DNA of 63,810 nt, filler included, from Squatina squatina (lineage: Eukaryota): NCBI GenBank assembly GCA_031763465.1. It is 13 parts of one record of this genome, joined end to end, with 100 filler letters (N's around TTAATTAATTAA, not from the genome) between each part and the next. Parts side by side here need not be neighbours in the genome. Positions count along the whole stretch, not along the records: positions 3,485 to 15,014 come from JARFOE010000051.1; positions 15,115 to 21,872 come from JARFOE010000051.1; positions 21,973 to 25,552 come from JARFOE010000051.1; 10 more parts are not named here. One strand, 5' to 3'. The notes beneath the pieces are model-generated. The model did not search any database, had not been told where the DNA came from, and saw nothing but the letters and a program-made list of their open reading frames with translations. Positions 11,655 through 23,005 of this stretch are shown piece after piece. Both the position numbers and the translations under genes were made by a program. The number at the start of each line of letters is the position of its first letter. The first letter of the stretch is position 1.

Positions 11655-12090
11655 TGCCAGCTGTGGCTCGGTGGTAGTGCTCTCACCTGCGTCAAAAGGA
11701 CCTGAGTTCATGTCCCACTCCAGAGATCTGAGCCTGTAATCCAGTGCCGTACTGAGGGAGGGCTACACTGTCAGAGGTGCTGTCTTTTGGATAAGACGTT
11801 AAACCGAGGCCCCGTCTGCTCTCAGAGGTGGATGCAAAAGTTCCTATGGCACTATTTGAAGAAGAGTTCTGTCCAGTGTCCTGGTCAATATTTATCCCTC
11901 AACCAACATCTAAACCAAATGATCTAATCATTACCATTGCTGTTTGTGGGAGTTTGCCGTGTGCAAATTGGCTGCCGTGTTTCCTACATTACAACAATAA
12001 CTACGCTTCAAAAAGTACTTAATTGGTTGTAAAGTGATTTGGTGCATCCTGCGGTCATGAAAGGCGCTATATAAATTCTTTCTTTTCTTT
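11655..12090 (+). mobile_element. tRNA-derived DeuSINE (SacSINE1-like)
   Basis: tRNA-like head (GTGGCTCGGTGG..GAGTTCATGTCCC), Deu core GTACTGAGGGAG..GACGTTAAACCGAGGCCCCGTCTG, and tail. Confidence 0.8.
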
Positions 12091-12115
12091 TTGAGGCAGT
12101 CTCCCAAAGACACTG

Positions 12116-12690
12116 TGGGCTAGAAATTCCGGAGCGCCCCATTTGGGCTGATAACTTTTGAAATCTGTGATAAGTATCGTCCGGTGATAATCTTTTTTTG
12201 CTCTTGGGAACTTCAGCTTCAGCGCTCCAAGAGGGAAGTGGGATGCTACATCAAATGCTACCCACTTCTCTTAGGGCGCTAAAGTGTGTGAGGGGGAGGT
12301 AGTGCCAGAGCACTGAAGAATGTGCAGTGCAGTGCTACCGGCATCAGAGGCTCCTTCCCTCGCTTAAAGGGAAGGGTCAATGGTGGTTTGCAACATTCTT
12401 GTACTAAGTTCTTTGTGGCCAGGGGACCTGCCCGACTTCCATTACAACTCCAATCACTCTCAGAGAGTGGAGGGCTTGGACATCACGCAGCAATGAGGCT
12501 TTAAAAACTTTCAACAGGCACCAAACTGATGCAAAGAATAAAGTTTAGCCAACCTGACCACCACTGCCTTTAATTAGCGTTCCCCAACCAGCCATCCTAG
12601 GTGACAATGCCTCCTCTTGCTGCCATTGTTGATGCCCAGCGAAGCAGCAGGGGCTGGGAGCGAATTTCACTTCCAGCCAATTTCTCCCCA
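12116..12690. mobile_element. Putative Harbinger-type non-autonomous element
   Basis: Starts GGGCTAGAAATT, ends AATTTCTCCCC; similar ends at 26560 and 53127. Confidence 0.45.
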
Positions 12691-15359
12691 TGTTGTAAAG
12701 TGTTGGTTACATTACAGAGAACTTCTTACCTTGGGAGGCATTTTCCTATTGGGTGTCTCTCAATCAATGCCTCCATGTCCAATATTCACCTGCACCAGGT
12801 CCGAGACGCAACACTAACCCTAAATGCCTAAAGGGATAAAAATAAGAATGGAAAGCAGCAATAAAATGAATGAGAATAAACTTCCGATTCCAAGGGGGAG
12901 CCCGTGCAGTGGATTGGATAATGTTCTTTCTCAGTTTAAATCCAGCCCAGACTGATTGGATGGAAAGTTCCTATCGCTTTATTGGCTGTAAGAATCCTAC
13001 ACAAAGCGAATCTCAGCTAAGTCTAAGCAAGCAACAGGACATAATACAAAACAGCGACAGGAAGAGGCCATTCGGCCCTTTGAGCCTGTTCCGCAATTCA
13101 ATAAGATCATGGCTGAGCTGTGGTTTAACTCCATCTACCCGCCTTGGTTCCATATCCTTTAATATCCTTACTTAACAAAAATCTATTAATCTCAGTTTTG
13201 AATTTTTNNNNNNNNNNNNNNNNNNNNNNNNNNNNNNNNNNNNNNNNNNNNNNNNNNNNNNNNNNNNNNNNNNNNNNNNNNNNNNNNNNNNNNNNNNNNN
13301 NNNNNNNGCTCCTTAAAACCTACCTCTTTGACCAAGCTTTTGGTCACCTGCCCTAATTTCTCCTTGTGTGGCTCGGTGTCAAATTTCTCTCCTTTTGTCT
13401 GAAGCACCTTGGGATGTTTCACCTATGTTAACGGCGCTATATAAATACAAATTGTTGATGTAAGCTGTACTCGCTTCAGAATTATTTTTTTCTGAATATA
13501 CTTGAAAGAGGTCAAATGTTCTAAGTTCAGCGACAATCCATTATCACTGCTCCAACCTCGAGGGTAGTGAGATCAAAGTAATACCTCAGATCAACGCGAA
13601 CCAGCGCCCTCCTGTTTGGTGCATGAATTCATGTGCAGGGTCCAATGTGATATTTGTAGAGGGTCAAGCAGCTTTGAACCCATGCGTAGAGTTGCAGTAA
13701 GCAGTTTTTTCATTTATGTTTTGGAAGATTTTCAGATTTTAATTTCTTTAGCTCTAGTTGTCATGACTACTCCCAATTACAGCATTCAACTCTTATCTTT
13801 TAAATGATCCCAAAGCTGCTGCCTCTGTTCCTGTTCATCACAGTTTGTGAGAACGGTTTTGAGATCGCTCTTTAAATTTGCCTTTCACCAGCTTGAGCCT
13901 CTGACCTTTCCTACTTGCGTGACTGACCTTGAAGCATTGCGATGAATTTCCCCTCTTTCACTGTACGTTTAAACATCTAATGTAATGCTGACAAACACGA
14001 AGCACAGTAACTTAAAGCAGAGATGAACTGTAAGATACACACAATACTTCTGATAAAATATATAGCGCCATGGACTCAGAAAAAGATAAAATATCATTAT
14101 TTCAAAAAAGACGGCAATGGAAAAAGTTGATAAATTCAGATAACGACTGAATTTTACTGGCGTTTAGACTTTCAACATTATCTTTTGAACTTTATGGTGT
14201 TGAAATTCTGCTTGCTAGAAACCCATGTGTCTTTGGGAGAAGCAGCCTGGCTCTTTCCCATTGTAAATTTTGTTTAATCACTACTGATTGAATGTGGGTT
14301 TTTTCCAAATCAATAGCACAAAGTGACTTACTGTCGAGGCTGTTCAGTTTCGCCCGGCTGCCTGCGTTTAAGGGAGCAAATATTTGCACAGCAAGAGGTC
14401 AAAGTCTCGTCCTCTGATCAAATAATAGCTGGCCACATTCTTAAATTTCCAAACCACTGACAGTTAGCCTCCATAGACCATTTAAAAAAAAGTGATCGGA
14501 ATCATAAATGCATATAGAGCAAACTTGCTGACTGAATTCATTAGGCTATGTAAATTTGAAGGCATGGCAGAAATAGTATAGGACAATATCCAGTGCCTTC
14601 AAGGCATATTTATCCAATGTCTACTTGCTAGGACTAAACAATAATAAAATTAAAATAAAAAATTATGCCATCTCTTATAACTGGGAATAGATTCAGTGTT
14701 ACTGTCATGAGTGTTTGTGCAAAAACAAGAGTTAATTTATCCATTTTCTTCACTCAGAATTTGGCACTATGCAGTTAAAAACTTTTTAATGAGTCAAATT
14801 TAGTTGTGAAGTGTATGCGATTTACTTTATTGTGCTTAAAAAATTTTGAGGACTGTGATAGGAGCACCAAAAGAGGTTGTGGTTATTGCTGTTTATTATG
14901 TTGAATTTCTGTTTTGATGGCCTCCAAAGAACACTTTTATAAGTCATCTTAAAACTTATCTCACACACCCAAAGACACAATCAAGACCAGATGAAAAATG
15001 GTGTTATCTGAAGGNNNNNNNNNNNNNNNNNNNNNNNNNNNNNNNNNNNNNNNNNNNNTTAATTAATTAANNNNNNNNNNNNNNNNNNNNNNNNNNNNNN
15101 NNNNNNNNNNNNNNTTTGACCTTTCTCCTAATCTCTTTGTATTCTCCCTTATCATGCACTCCCCTGCTGTCTATGTGCTTAACGTTCACCTCTATCCTTC
15201 CCCTCAATTGTTCCCTTATGGCTTTATTCATCCACGGAGCCTCATTAGTGTTTAGTTTGTTCTTTCCTTTTAGCAGAATCTAATGTTCCTGCCCTCTGTG
15301 GAACACCGTTTGAAATGGTTTCTGTTCCTTTGACGTATTCCTTGTGTTTCCTCGAGTGT

Positions 15360-16843
15360 TGATGATTAAAGGATGATCTAAATGAGGTGTTTAGGATGAT
15401 TGAAGGTTTCGATCGGGTAGATCGAGAGAAAGTATTTCATCTGGTGAGGGGACAGAACCTTATAATTAGAGCCAGGATGGCCAGGGGAGTGCGAATCGGG
15501 AACTCTCTCCCCCAAAAGGCTGCTGAGGCTGGAGGTCAGTAGAGAATTTCAGGACTGAGATCGGTAGATTTTTGCGAGCCAAGGGAATGAATGTTTACGG
15601 AACCAAGGCGGGTAGATGGAGTTAAGATACAGATCAGCCATGATCGAATTGGATGGTGGATCAGGCTTGAGGGGCTGAATGGCCTGCTCCTGTTGCTGAG
15701 AGGAGGCCATGATATGGATAAGTAATGGGACATAAGGGAAGTTTAGAACAGGCTTTCTCTGAATGTACAACGTTTTTACAAAAGTAGTGATTGAAGGAAA
15801 TCTAAAAATGACTGAATGATTCCCTAAAGAATGGAGGGGTGGTGGAAAATCAGTTCAGCTTTGAAAGCAGATAACGGAACTGGATTTAAAAAACAGGGCC
15901 TCAATTCAATCAAAGACTAACAGATCCCTCAGTGTTGAAATCTTACTGCAGTTATACTGGGCCTTGGTGAGACCACACCTGGAGTATTGTGTACAGTTTT
16001 GGTCTCCTAATCTGAGGAAGGATGTTCTTGCCATAGAGGGAGTGCAGCGAAGGTTCACCAGACTGATTCCTGGGATGGCAGGATTGNNNNNNNNNNNNNN
16101 NNNNNNNNNNNNNNNNNNNNNNNNNNNNNNNNNNNNNNNNNNNNNNNNNNNNNNNNNNNNNNNNNNNNNNNNNNNNNNNNNNNNNNTGCCAAAGCTGCCC
16201 CTCAAATGGATCTCCAAGTTTTCCACAAGTTTACCAGAATACCTCCCCTATGAACTGTTGCAGACAAGACTGACCTGAGCAGTGGGTTCACTGAGTTCCA
16301 ACATTGCCTTTAAGGGCTGAGGTGGGTTGGTAAGTGATTGAGCCTCATCAGCTATTTCAGTGAATTGGTCCCGTAGAATCTCTGTCGCCCAGTTAGCACC
16401 ACACCCATTTATGCTGATTTTTAGCCCGATTTGGAACCTGCCGGAAATTTTTTTTTTAAAGAGACCAGTTCCGCAATTTAAGAAAGCGGTGCAGAAATGG
16501 CACACAAAACAGGCCTTTTCGGTAACTTAAGTTACCAGCGCGGCGCAAACCAATTGGGGCCCCCCCCCCAAACTATAGTCTTCCAAAGTTCTCTCGATTC
16601 AGGAACCATTCCTTTAAATTCGAAAATTGTGCATGTCACTCCGCTACTTAAGAATGGTGAGAGGGACACCACGGAATCATAGACCAGTTAGCCCAACATC
16701 TGTTTTCAGGGAATTACTAGAGTCTATAATTAAGGACAGGGTGACTGAACACCTTAAAAAGTTTCAGCTGATCAGAGAGAGCCAGCATATATTTGTGAAA
16801 GGAGGGTCATGCCTGATAAATCTGATTGAATTTTTTGAGGAGG
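15360..16843 (+). mobile_element. CR1 LINE fragments (15360-15700, 15940-16086, 16580-16843) with an intervening Harbinger-like piece (about 16186-16565)
   Basis: LVRPHLEYCVQFWSP and NHRPVSPTSV..ESQHIFVKGGSCLINLIEFFEE. Confidence 0.8.
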
Positions 16844-16943
16844 NNNNNNNNNNNNNNNNNNNNNNNNNNNNNNNNNNNNNNNNNNNNNNNNNNNNNNNNN
16901 NNNNNNNNNNNNNNNNNNNNNNNNNNNNNNNNNNNNNNNNNNN

Positions 16944-17260
16944 TCCGTGATCTCTCCGTTCTTCAAATTCTGATCTCTTGCACATTTCCGATTGTAATGA
17001 ATCGCTCCAGCACTGGCAGCCATGCCTTCAGCTGCCCAGACCCTAACGTCTGGAATTGCCTCACTAAGCCTCTCCACCTCTCTTTAAGACGCTCCTTCAA
17101 AGCTACCTCTTTGACCAAGCTTTTGGTCCTTTGTCCTAATGCCTCCTTATGTGACTCAGTGTCAAATTTTGTCTGAAAACGCTACTGTGAAGCGCCTTGG
17201 GACGTTTAACTACATTGACGGCACTATATAAATGCAAGTTGTTGCTGTTGTTGTTGTTGT
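16944..17260 (+). mobile_element. L2 LINE 3' end with (GTT)n tail
   Basis: L2 tail motif ending ATATAAATGCAAGTTGTTGCTGTTG. Confidence 0.78.
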
Positions 17261-17401
17261 AAGGCACTTGGAAATTCTTCCCTAGATCTGTGTGCACAGT
17301 TGGCATTGCCCAGGATGGTACTTCGTGATTAACATTCACGTCGAGTGCCCACTCAAGCACAGGCTAAGGCCAGTAACTAGGGAACTAGCACACACTCCTA
17401 C

Positions 17402-17918
17402 CTTTAACATACCGCACCTCATGAAATATGCTTGCGGATCCAAAATCGATCACTTTCACGCGGAAAGGGAATCGCTTCTGATCAATGATCATGATATTCT
17501 CTGGTTTGAGGTCGGCGTGAATGATTGACAGGTCCTTCAGTTTCTGGAGTGCCCTCAGAACCTGGGTGATAATAGTCCGAATGTGCCTCGCTGGGAGGAG
17601 TGCAAAATTGTTCTCCTTCTGAAACTCAAATATGTTCTGCTCCATGAGCTCAAACACCAAGTATGACTTGATGTCATCGTGGAAGCACTCAAAGAATCGG
17701 ATGAAGTGGTATTGGTCGGGGTCCACTGTTCCCAGCACTCTCAACATTTTTAATTCGTTTTTGATGATTCGGGCTCGGTAGGAATCACTTTTGAGGATCT
17801 TGATGGCAACAAAATGGCCGGTGCTCCTCTTCCAGCACTTCGCCACCTCCCCGAATGTCCCCTTGCCCACAATCTGAATAATGTCGTAACTGTCTGTTTC
17901 AGAATGGATGACAGACAT
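17402..17918 (-). CDS. HIPK4: Homeodomain-interacting protein kinase 4, first coding exon (kinase subdomains I-VII)
   Basis: MSVIHSETDSYDII..GKGTFGEV..VAIKILK..FQKENNFALLPARHIR..IIHADLKPENIM..DFGSASIFHEVRYVK closely matches recalled human HIPK4. Donor G|GTAGGA at 17401. Confidence 0.95.
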
Positions 17919-18055
17919 CTTCGGGGATCTTCTGGACTTTGCCTGATCAATCATAANNNNNNNNNNNNNNNNNNNNNNNNNNNNNNNNNNNNNNNNNNNN
18001 NNNNNNNNNNNNNNNNNNNNNNNNNNNNNNNNNNNNNNNNNNNNNNNNNNNNNNN

Positions 18056-18755
18056 NTGAAAATGACCCATTTATTCCTACTCTCTGTTTTCTGTCTGTTA
18101 ACCAATTCTCAATCCATGCCAGTATATTACCCCTAATCCCACGTGCTCTAATTTTGTTTACTAATCTTGTGTGTGGGACTTTATCAGAAGCCTTCTTAAA
18201 ATCCAAATACACCATATCCATTGGTTCCCCCATATCTATTCTGCTAGTTGCGTCCTCAAAAAAAAACCTCCCCAACAGGTTTGTCAAACATGATTTCCCT
18301 TTCATAAATCCATGTTGACTCTGCCCGATCCTATTTTTATTTTCTAAGTGTCCTGTTATCACATCCTTTATAATAGATTCTAGCATTTTCCCCACTATTG
18401 ATGTCAGGCTAACAGGTCTGTAGTTCCCCATTTTCTCTCCCTAAATAGTGAGGTTACATTTGCTAACTTCCAATCTGCAGGAACCGTTCCAGAATCTATA
18501 GAATTTTGGCAGATAACAACCAATGCATCCACGATGTCTATAGCCACCTCTTTCAAAACCCTGGAATGTATGTAGATCATATACTGGGAATTTATCGACT
18601 TTCAGTCCCATTAATTTCTCTCGTACTTATTTTTACTAATTTCTTTCAGTTCCTCATTTTCGCTTGACCCTTGGTGCGCTAGTATTTCTCGGAGGTTTTT
18701 TGTATCTTCCTCCGTGAAGACAGATACAAAGTATTTGTTTAGTTTTCTCTGCCAT
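18056..18755 (-). mobile_element. CR1 LINE ORF2 reverse transcriptase fragment
   Basis: GNYRPVSLTSIVGKMLESII..SQHGFMKGKSCLTNL..YLDFKKA.DKVPH. Confidence 0.92.
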
Positions 18756-19899
18756 TTTCTTAAAGCGCTTTGAGATGTCCGGTGGTTGTGAAAGGCACGA
18801 AATAAATGTAAGACTTTCTTTCTTTCCTGTTCCACGTTCCCTCTACAGTTCATCCTTGTTCACCCTCCAGGTATTTGCTGCTGAATCTTCTACACTGTGA
18901 CTGGTTCCAAGCTTATACCCCACAAACAGGGACTTGCAACACAATTTGTCCAATCACATGTTCTCCCACATTCCCCCCACCCCCCGTATAGGCACAGATG
19001 GTGCTTGGGCCCTCTTATCTCTGTCTTCAGTCTCATCACAACCTTCTATTGTCTCTGAGTTAATGGCCCATCCTGCAGACCTTGAAACTAACAGCCTTAC
19101 TGACTGCAATCAAGTCTCAAAGCATTGTTCTCTTTACTAATTTAATTAGAGGAATGAATGTAACCGTGGCCTATCAAAGCTCGGAAATTAAATGTAGTCT
19201 ACCAAGGCCCAATATTATAAAATGATCGAAGAGTTTGTAGATTGGACAAAGGAATGAACAGAAGACTCAGCAGATTGGAAAAGCCTGTTTTCAGTTGTAG
19301 GTGTTCCACACAAGGCTGCAATTTTTAATTCTTTTGGATCGGTTTGCCCAGATACCTTTGAAACCCATATTTCCTTACAGTGGTCAAAATTGTGGGTGAG
19401 AGCAAAGAGGAAAAAGTCTATCATATTCTGAAAGTGTTAATTCTGGTCTATTCACTAAATATTGTGTTAGTTTCCCTGCTCCATCCACTGCTTAGCCACT
19501 TTCCACATTCTTATTTTCTTTGCTCCTCTTGTCTAAGATTTACTTTTCCTCTATCTTGAATCTGAACTCTTTTTCCCTATGCACCATTCTACCTAAAGCG
19601 GTTTGAAGTAATTCCTGTCACCCTAGAGTGGTAAAGTTCTTCTGACCAACACTAGCAAATACAAACGTTAATTTTGCACAAGCACTACCTTAAATTAGGT
19701 GATTCAACTGACTTGAATTGAAAACTTACAGATGGAGCAGCAGATGAAAAGAGTTCCAATGGGCCAGGCCCATAGTTAATTCAGGCTCTATCACTCACAT
19801 AAGGGGATGCCAATGTTTGGTCTTCAATAGGAGGGAGTTAAATATCTGGATTAAACGATGGACACTGGCATACTGCAATTTGAATGTTCTGAGTGCCAT

Positions 19900-20490
19900 T
19901 AACTCAGAGAAACATCTCAAGGCACTTCACAGAGGTGTAATCAAAAAATGGATGCCAAGCCATAAGAGGAGATATTTGGAGGGGTGACAAATAGCTTCTT
20001 CAAAGACTTGGGTTTTAAGGAGGGTTTTAAAGGAGGAAAGGAATGAGGGGTTTAGGGAGGGAGTTCCAGAGCATGGGACCTAAGCAGTTGAAAGGACAGG
20101 GACCAAGGATGGGGTGAAGGAAATGGAATACACCAGAGGCCAGAATCAAAGGAATGGAGAGTTTAGCGAGGGGAGAAGGTTACAAAGATAGGAAAGGGTG
20201 AGGCCATGAAGGGAATTAAACATTATTATGTGAACTTTGAATTTGAGGTGTTGGGAACTGGGAGCCAATGTTGATCAGTGAGGCCAGGGTGGGAGAGAAG
20301 ATAGATAGGATATGGGCAGCAGAGTTTTGGGTGAAGTTTATGTAGGGTGGAGGATGAGACACCAGCCAGGAGATCATTGCAATAGTTGAGTCAGGGGTGA
20401 CAAAGGCATAGGTAAGAGTTTCAGTAGTAAAGGGGCAGAGGTTGGTGATGTAACAGAGGTGGATGTAGGTGGTCTTTGTGTTGGAGAAGG
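19900..20490 (-). mobile_element. L2 LINE 3' region, degenerate
   Basis: Reverse complement of the L2 tail; ETLTYAFVT..QNSAAHIL remnant. Confidence 0.7.
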
Positions 20491-20749
20491 ATAAAGAGTG
20501 AATCAGTGCAACAGATTTACACCCATGATCAAGTGGAAATCTTAGTAGTGCATAAATGTTTGCCTCTGTCATGATTTTTTTCTTCATTGCAGCTTGATAA
20601 AGGCCAAACATAGTATCCATGAAATATGACAACCAAACTGCATACATTGTTATCATATGATAACCTGTGCTTTTTATTGGTTCAAGGGATGTGGGTGTAG
20701 CTGGCAAGGCCAGCATTTATTGCCCATCCCTAGTTGCCCTTGCGAAAGT

Positions 20750-21872
20750 AGTCATCTTTCGATTAGGCACTTTACAGCCTTCTGGACTCAACATTGAGTT
20801 CAACAATTTCAGAGCATAACCTCTGCCCNNNNNNNNNNNNNNNNNNNNNNNNNNNNNNNNNNNNNNNNNNNNNNNNNNNNNNNNNNNNNNNNNNNNNNNN
20901 NNNNNNNNNNNNNNNNNNNNNNNNNNNNCCACATCTCCCTCACCCCGAACAACCCCTCCTCTTCCCACCACACCTTCCCATGCAAGCGCAGGGGATGCAA
21001 CACCTGCCCCTTTTACCTCCTCCCTTCCCACTGTTCAGGGCCCCAAACACTCCTTCCAGGTGAAACAGCGATTTACTTGAACTTCTTTCAATTTAGTATA
21101 CTGTATTCACTGCTCATGATGTGCTCTGCTGTACATTGGGGAGACCAAACGCAGATTGGGTGACCACTTTGCAGAACACCTCCATTCAGTCCGTAAGCAT
21201 GACCCCGAACTTCCGGTCGCCTGTCACTTTAATTCTCCACTTCATTCCCACTTTGATCTCCCTGTCCTTGACCTCTTACACTGTTCCAATGAAGCTCAAC
21301 GTAAGCTCGAGGAACAGCATCTCATCTTTTGATTAGGCACTTTACAGCCTTCCGGTCTCAACATCGAGTTCAACCATTTCAGGCCATAACCTCTGCCCTC
21401 TATTTTTTTATTCATTTTGTTATTTTCGGCCTTTGTTTCTCTCTATCGGCTGTTGCATTCCCCATTTACACCCTATCTGGACACCTCTTCTGTTCTTAAC
21501 TTGTCCATTACCGTTTCTTTTTGTCTTGCACCATCTCTTAATGTTCCCCAGTCTTTTCTGCCTTCCACCCTAGCACAGACCTTCCCTTTTGTTCNNNNNN
21601 NNNNCCCTCCTCGCTTCCCCCGCCCCTGCACGTGCTTAACAACCTGCTACAATTCTACCATTTTCCAGTTCTGACTAAGGGACATCGAGCTGAAACGTTA
21701 ACTCTGTTTCTCTCTCCACAGACGTGGGAAGGGAGGATGTAAAAGGGCAGGTGTTGCATCTCCTGCGCTTGCACAGGAATGTGCCGCGGGAAGGGGAGGG
21801 AGTGCTGGGGGTGATGGATGTGTGGACTAGGGTGTCGCGGAGGGAGCGGTCTCTTTGGAATGCAGAAAACGG
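20750..21872 (+). mobile_element. Penelope-like element (GIY-YIG endonuclease remnant) with direct and inverted partial repeats
   Basis: FPCKRRGCNTCP..KHSFQVKQRFT..NLVYCI..LYIGETKRRLGDHFAEHL. 20750-20828 duplicates about 21320-21398; 21724-21872 is an inverted copy. Confidence 0.85.
21667..21703 (+). ncRNA. Decayed minimal type I hammerhead ribozyme motif in Penelope UTR
   Basis: AGTT-CTGACTA-(stem II)-GAAACGTT-AACT; core G mutated. Confidence 0.55.
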
Positions 21873-21972
21873 NNNNNNNNNNNNNNNNNNNNNNNNNNNN
21901 NNNNNNNNNNNNNNNNTTAATTAATTAANNNNNNNNNNNNNNNNNNNNNNNNNNNNNNNNNNNNNNNNNNNN

Positions 21973-22365
21973 TAGATGGTCTTAACTGCGATGAAGAATC
22001 CACGCACATCGTGGTTGTCGGCACGCTGCTGGATCTCCTGCGCTCTTTCCACCCACCATCTATTCTTTAGGTCACGAGTCTTTCGTTGGACCTCGGCCTT
22101 CATTTGCCTGTAGACCTGTTTTCTTTCCCTCGAGTTTTGTTGGTGCTTCCAATTCAAGAACGCCTTGCGTTTACAGTTTAGTAGCTCCTGGATCTCCTGG
22201 TCATTCTCGTCAAACCATTCTTGATGTTTCCTGGTGGAGAAACCAAGAATCTCCTCACAGGTGCTGGTTATCGTAGACTTAAGGGCAGACCAGGCATTGT
22301 CAACACTCTGTGGCACCGATTCGTTGAGCGTCGCCAGGTTGGTTGTGAGGCATTGGCTGAGTAGG
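21973..22365 (-). mobile_element. RTE-clade LINE fragment
   Basis: STRKHQEWFDENDQEIQELL..RWWVERAQEIQQRADNHDVRGFF. Confidence 0.88.
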
Positions 22366-22399
22366 GCTTTCTTGGTGGGACAAAAGTCCTTTACCAGCC

Positions 22400-22905
22400 T
22401 GCTTCCGCCGCACAACACTGCCCCCCGACTATCAAGACCCACGGCGATGTGGATCACTTTTCTGACCTTGGGAGTCTCCTCTCAGCAAAGGCAGACATAG
22501 ACAATGAAATCTAACACTGCCTTCAGTGTGCCAGTACAGCCACCTTAGGTAAAGATTGTTTGAAGATAAAGACTCAAACCTGGCACCAAGCTCATGGTCT
22601 ACAGGGCAGCAGTGATACCCACCCTCCTGTATGCATCGGCGACATGGACAATGTACGGTAGACACCTCAAAGCACTGGCGAAGTACCACCAAGGTTGCCT
22701 CTGCAAAATCCTGCAAATCCACTGGCAGGATAGGCGTACCAATGTCCCCAGCATCGAGGCACTGATCACGCTCAATCATCTGTGATGAGCAGGCCATATC
22801 ATCCGCATGCCTGATATAAGACTTCCGAAACAAGCACTCTACTCTGAGCTTTGTCACGGCAAACAATTACCAGGAGGGCAGAGGAAATGCTTCAAGGATG
22901 TCCTC
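22400..22905 (+). mobile_element. RTE-clade LINE RT C-terminal fragment
   Basis: VYRAAVIPTLLYASATWT..CLCKILQIHWQD..MPDIRLPKQALYSEL..GGQRKCFKD. Confidence 0.88.
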
Positions 22906-23005
22906 NNNNNNNNNNNNNNNNNNNNNNNNNNNNNNNNNNNNNNNNNNNNNNNNNNNNNNNNNNNNNNNNNNNNNNNNNNNNNNNNNNNNNNNNNNNNNNN
23001 NNNNN

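Noticed and set aside
13601..13617. CTCF-like motif CAGCGCCCTCCTG
   Set aside because: Only a partial match, with no independent support.
17385..18431. Apparent 348-aa reverse transcriptase-kinase fusion ORF
   Set aside because: The ORF reads through a 100-N gap joining a CR1 fragment to HIPK4 exon 1; artefact.
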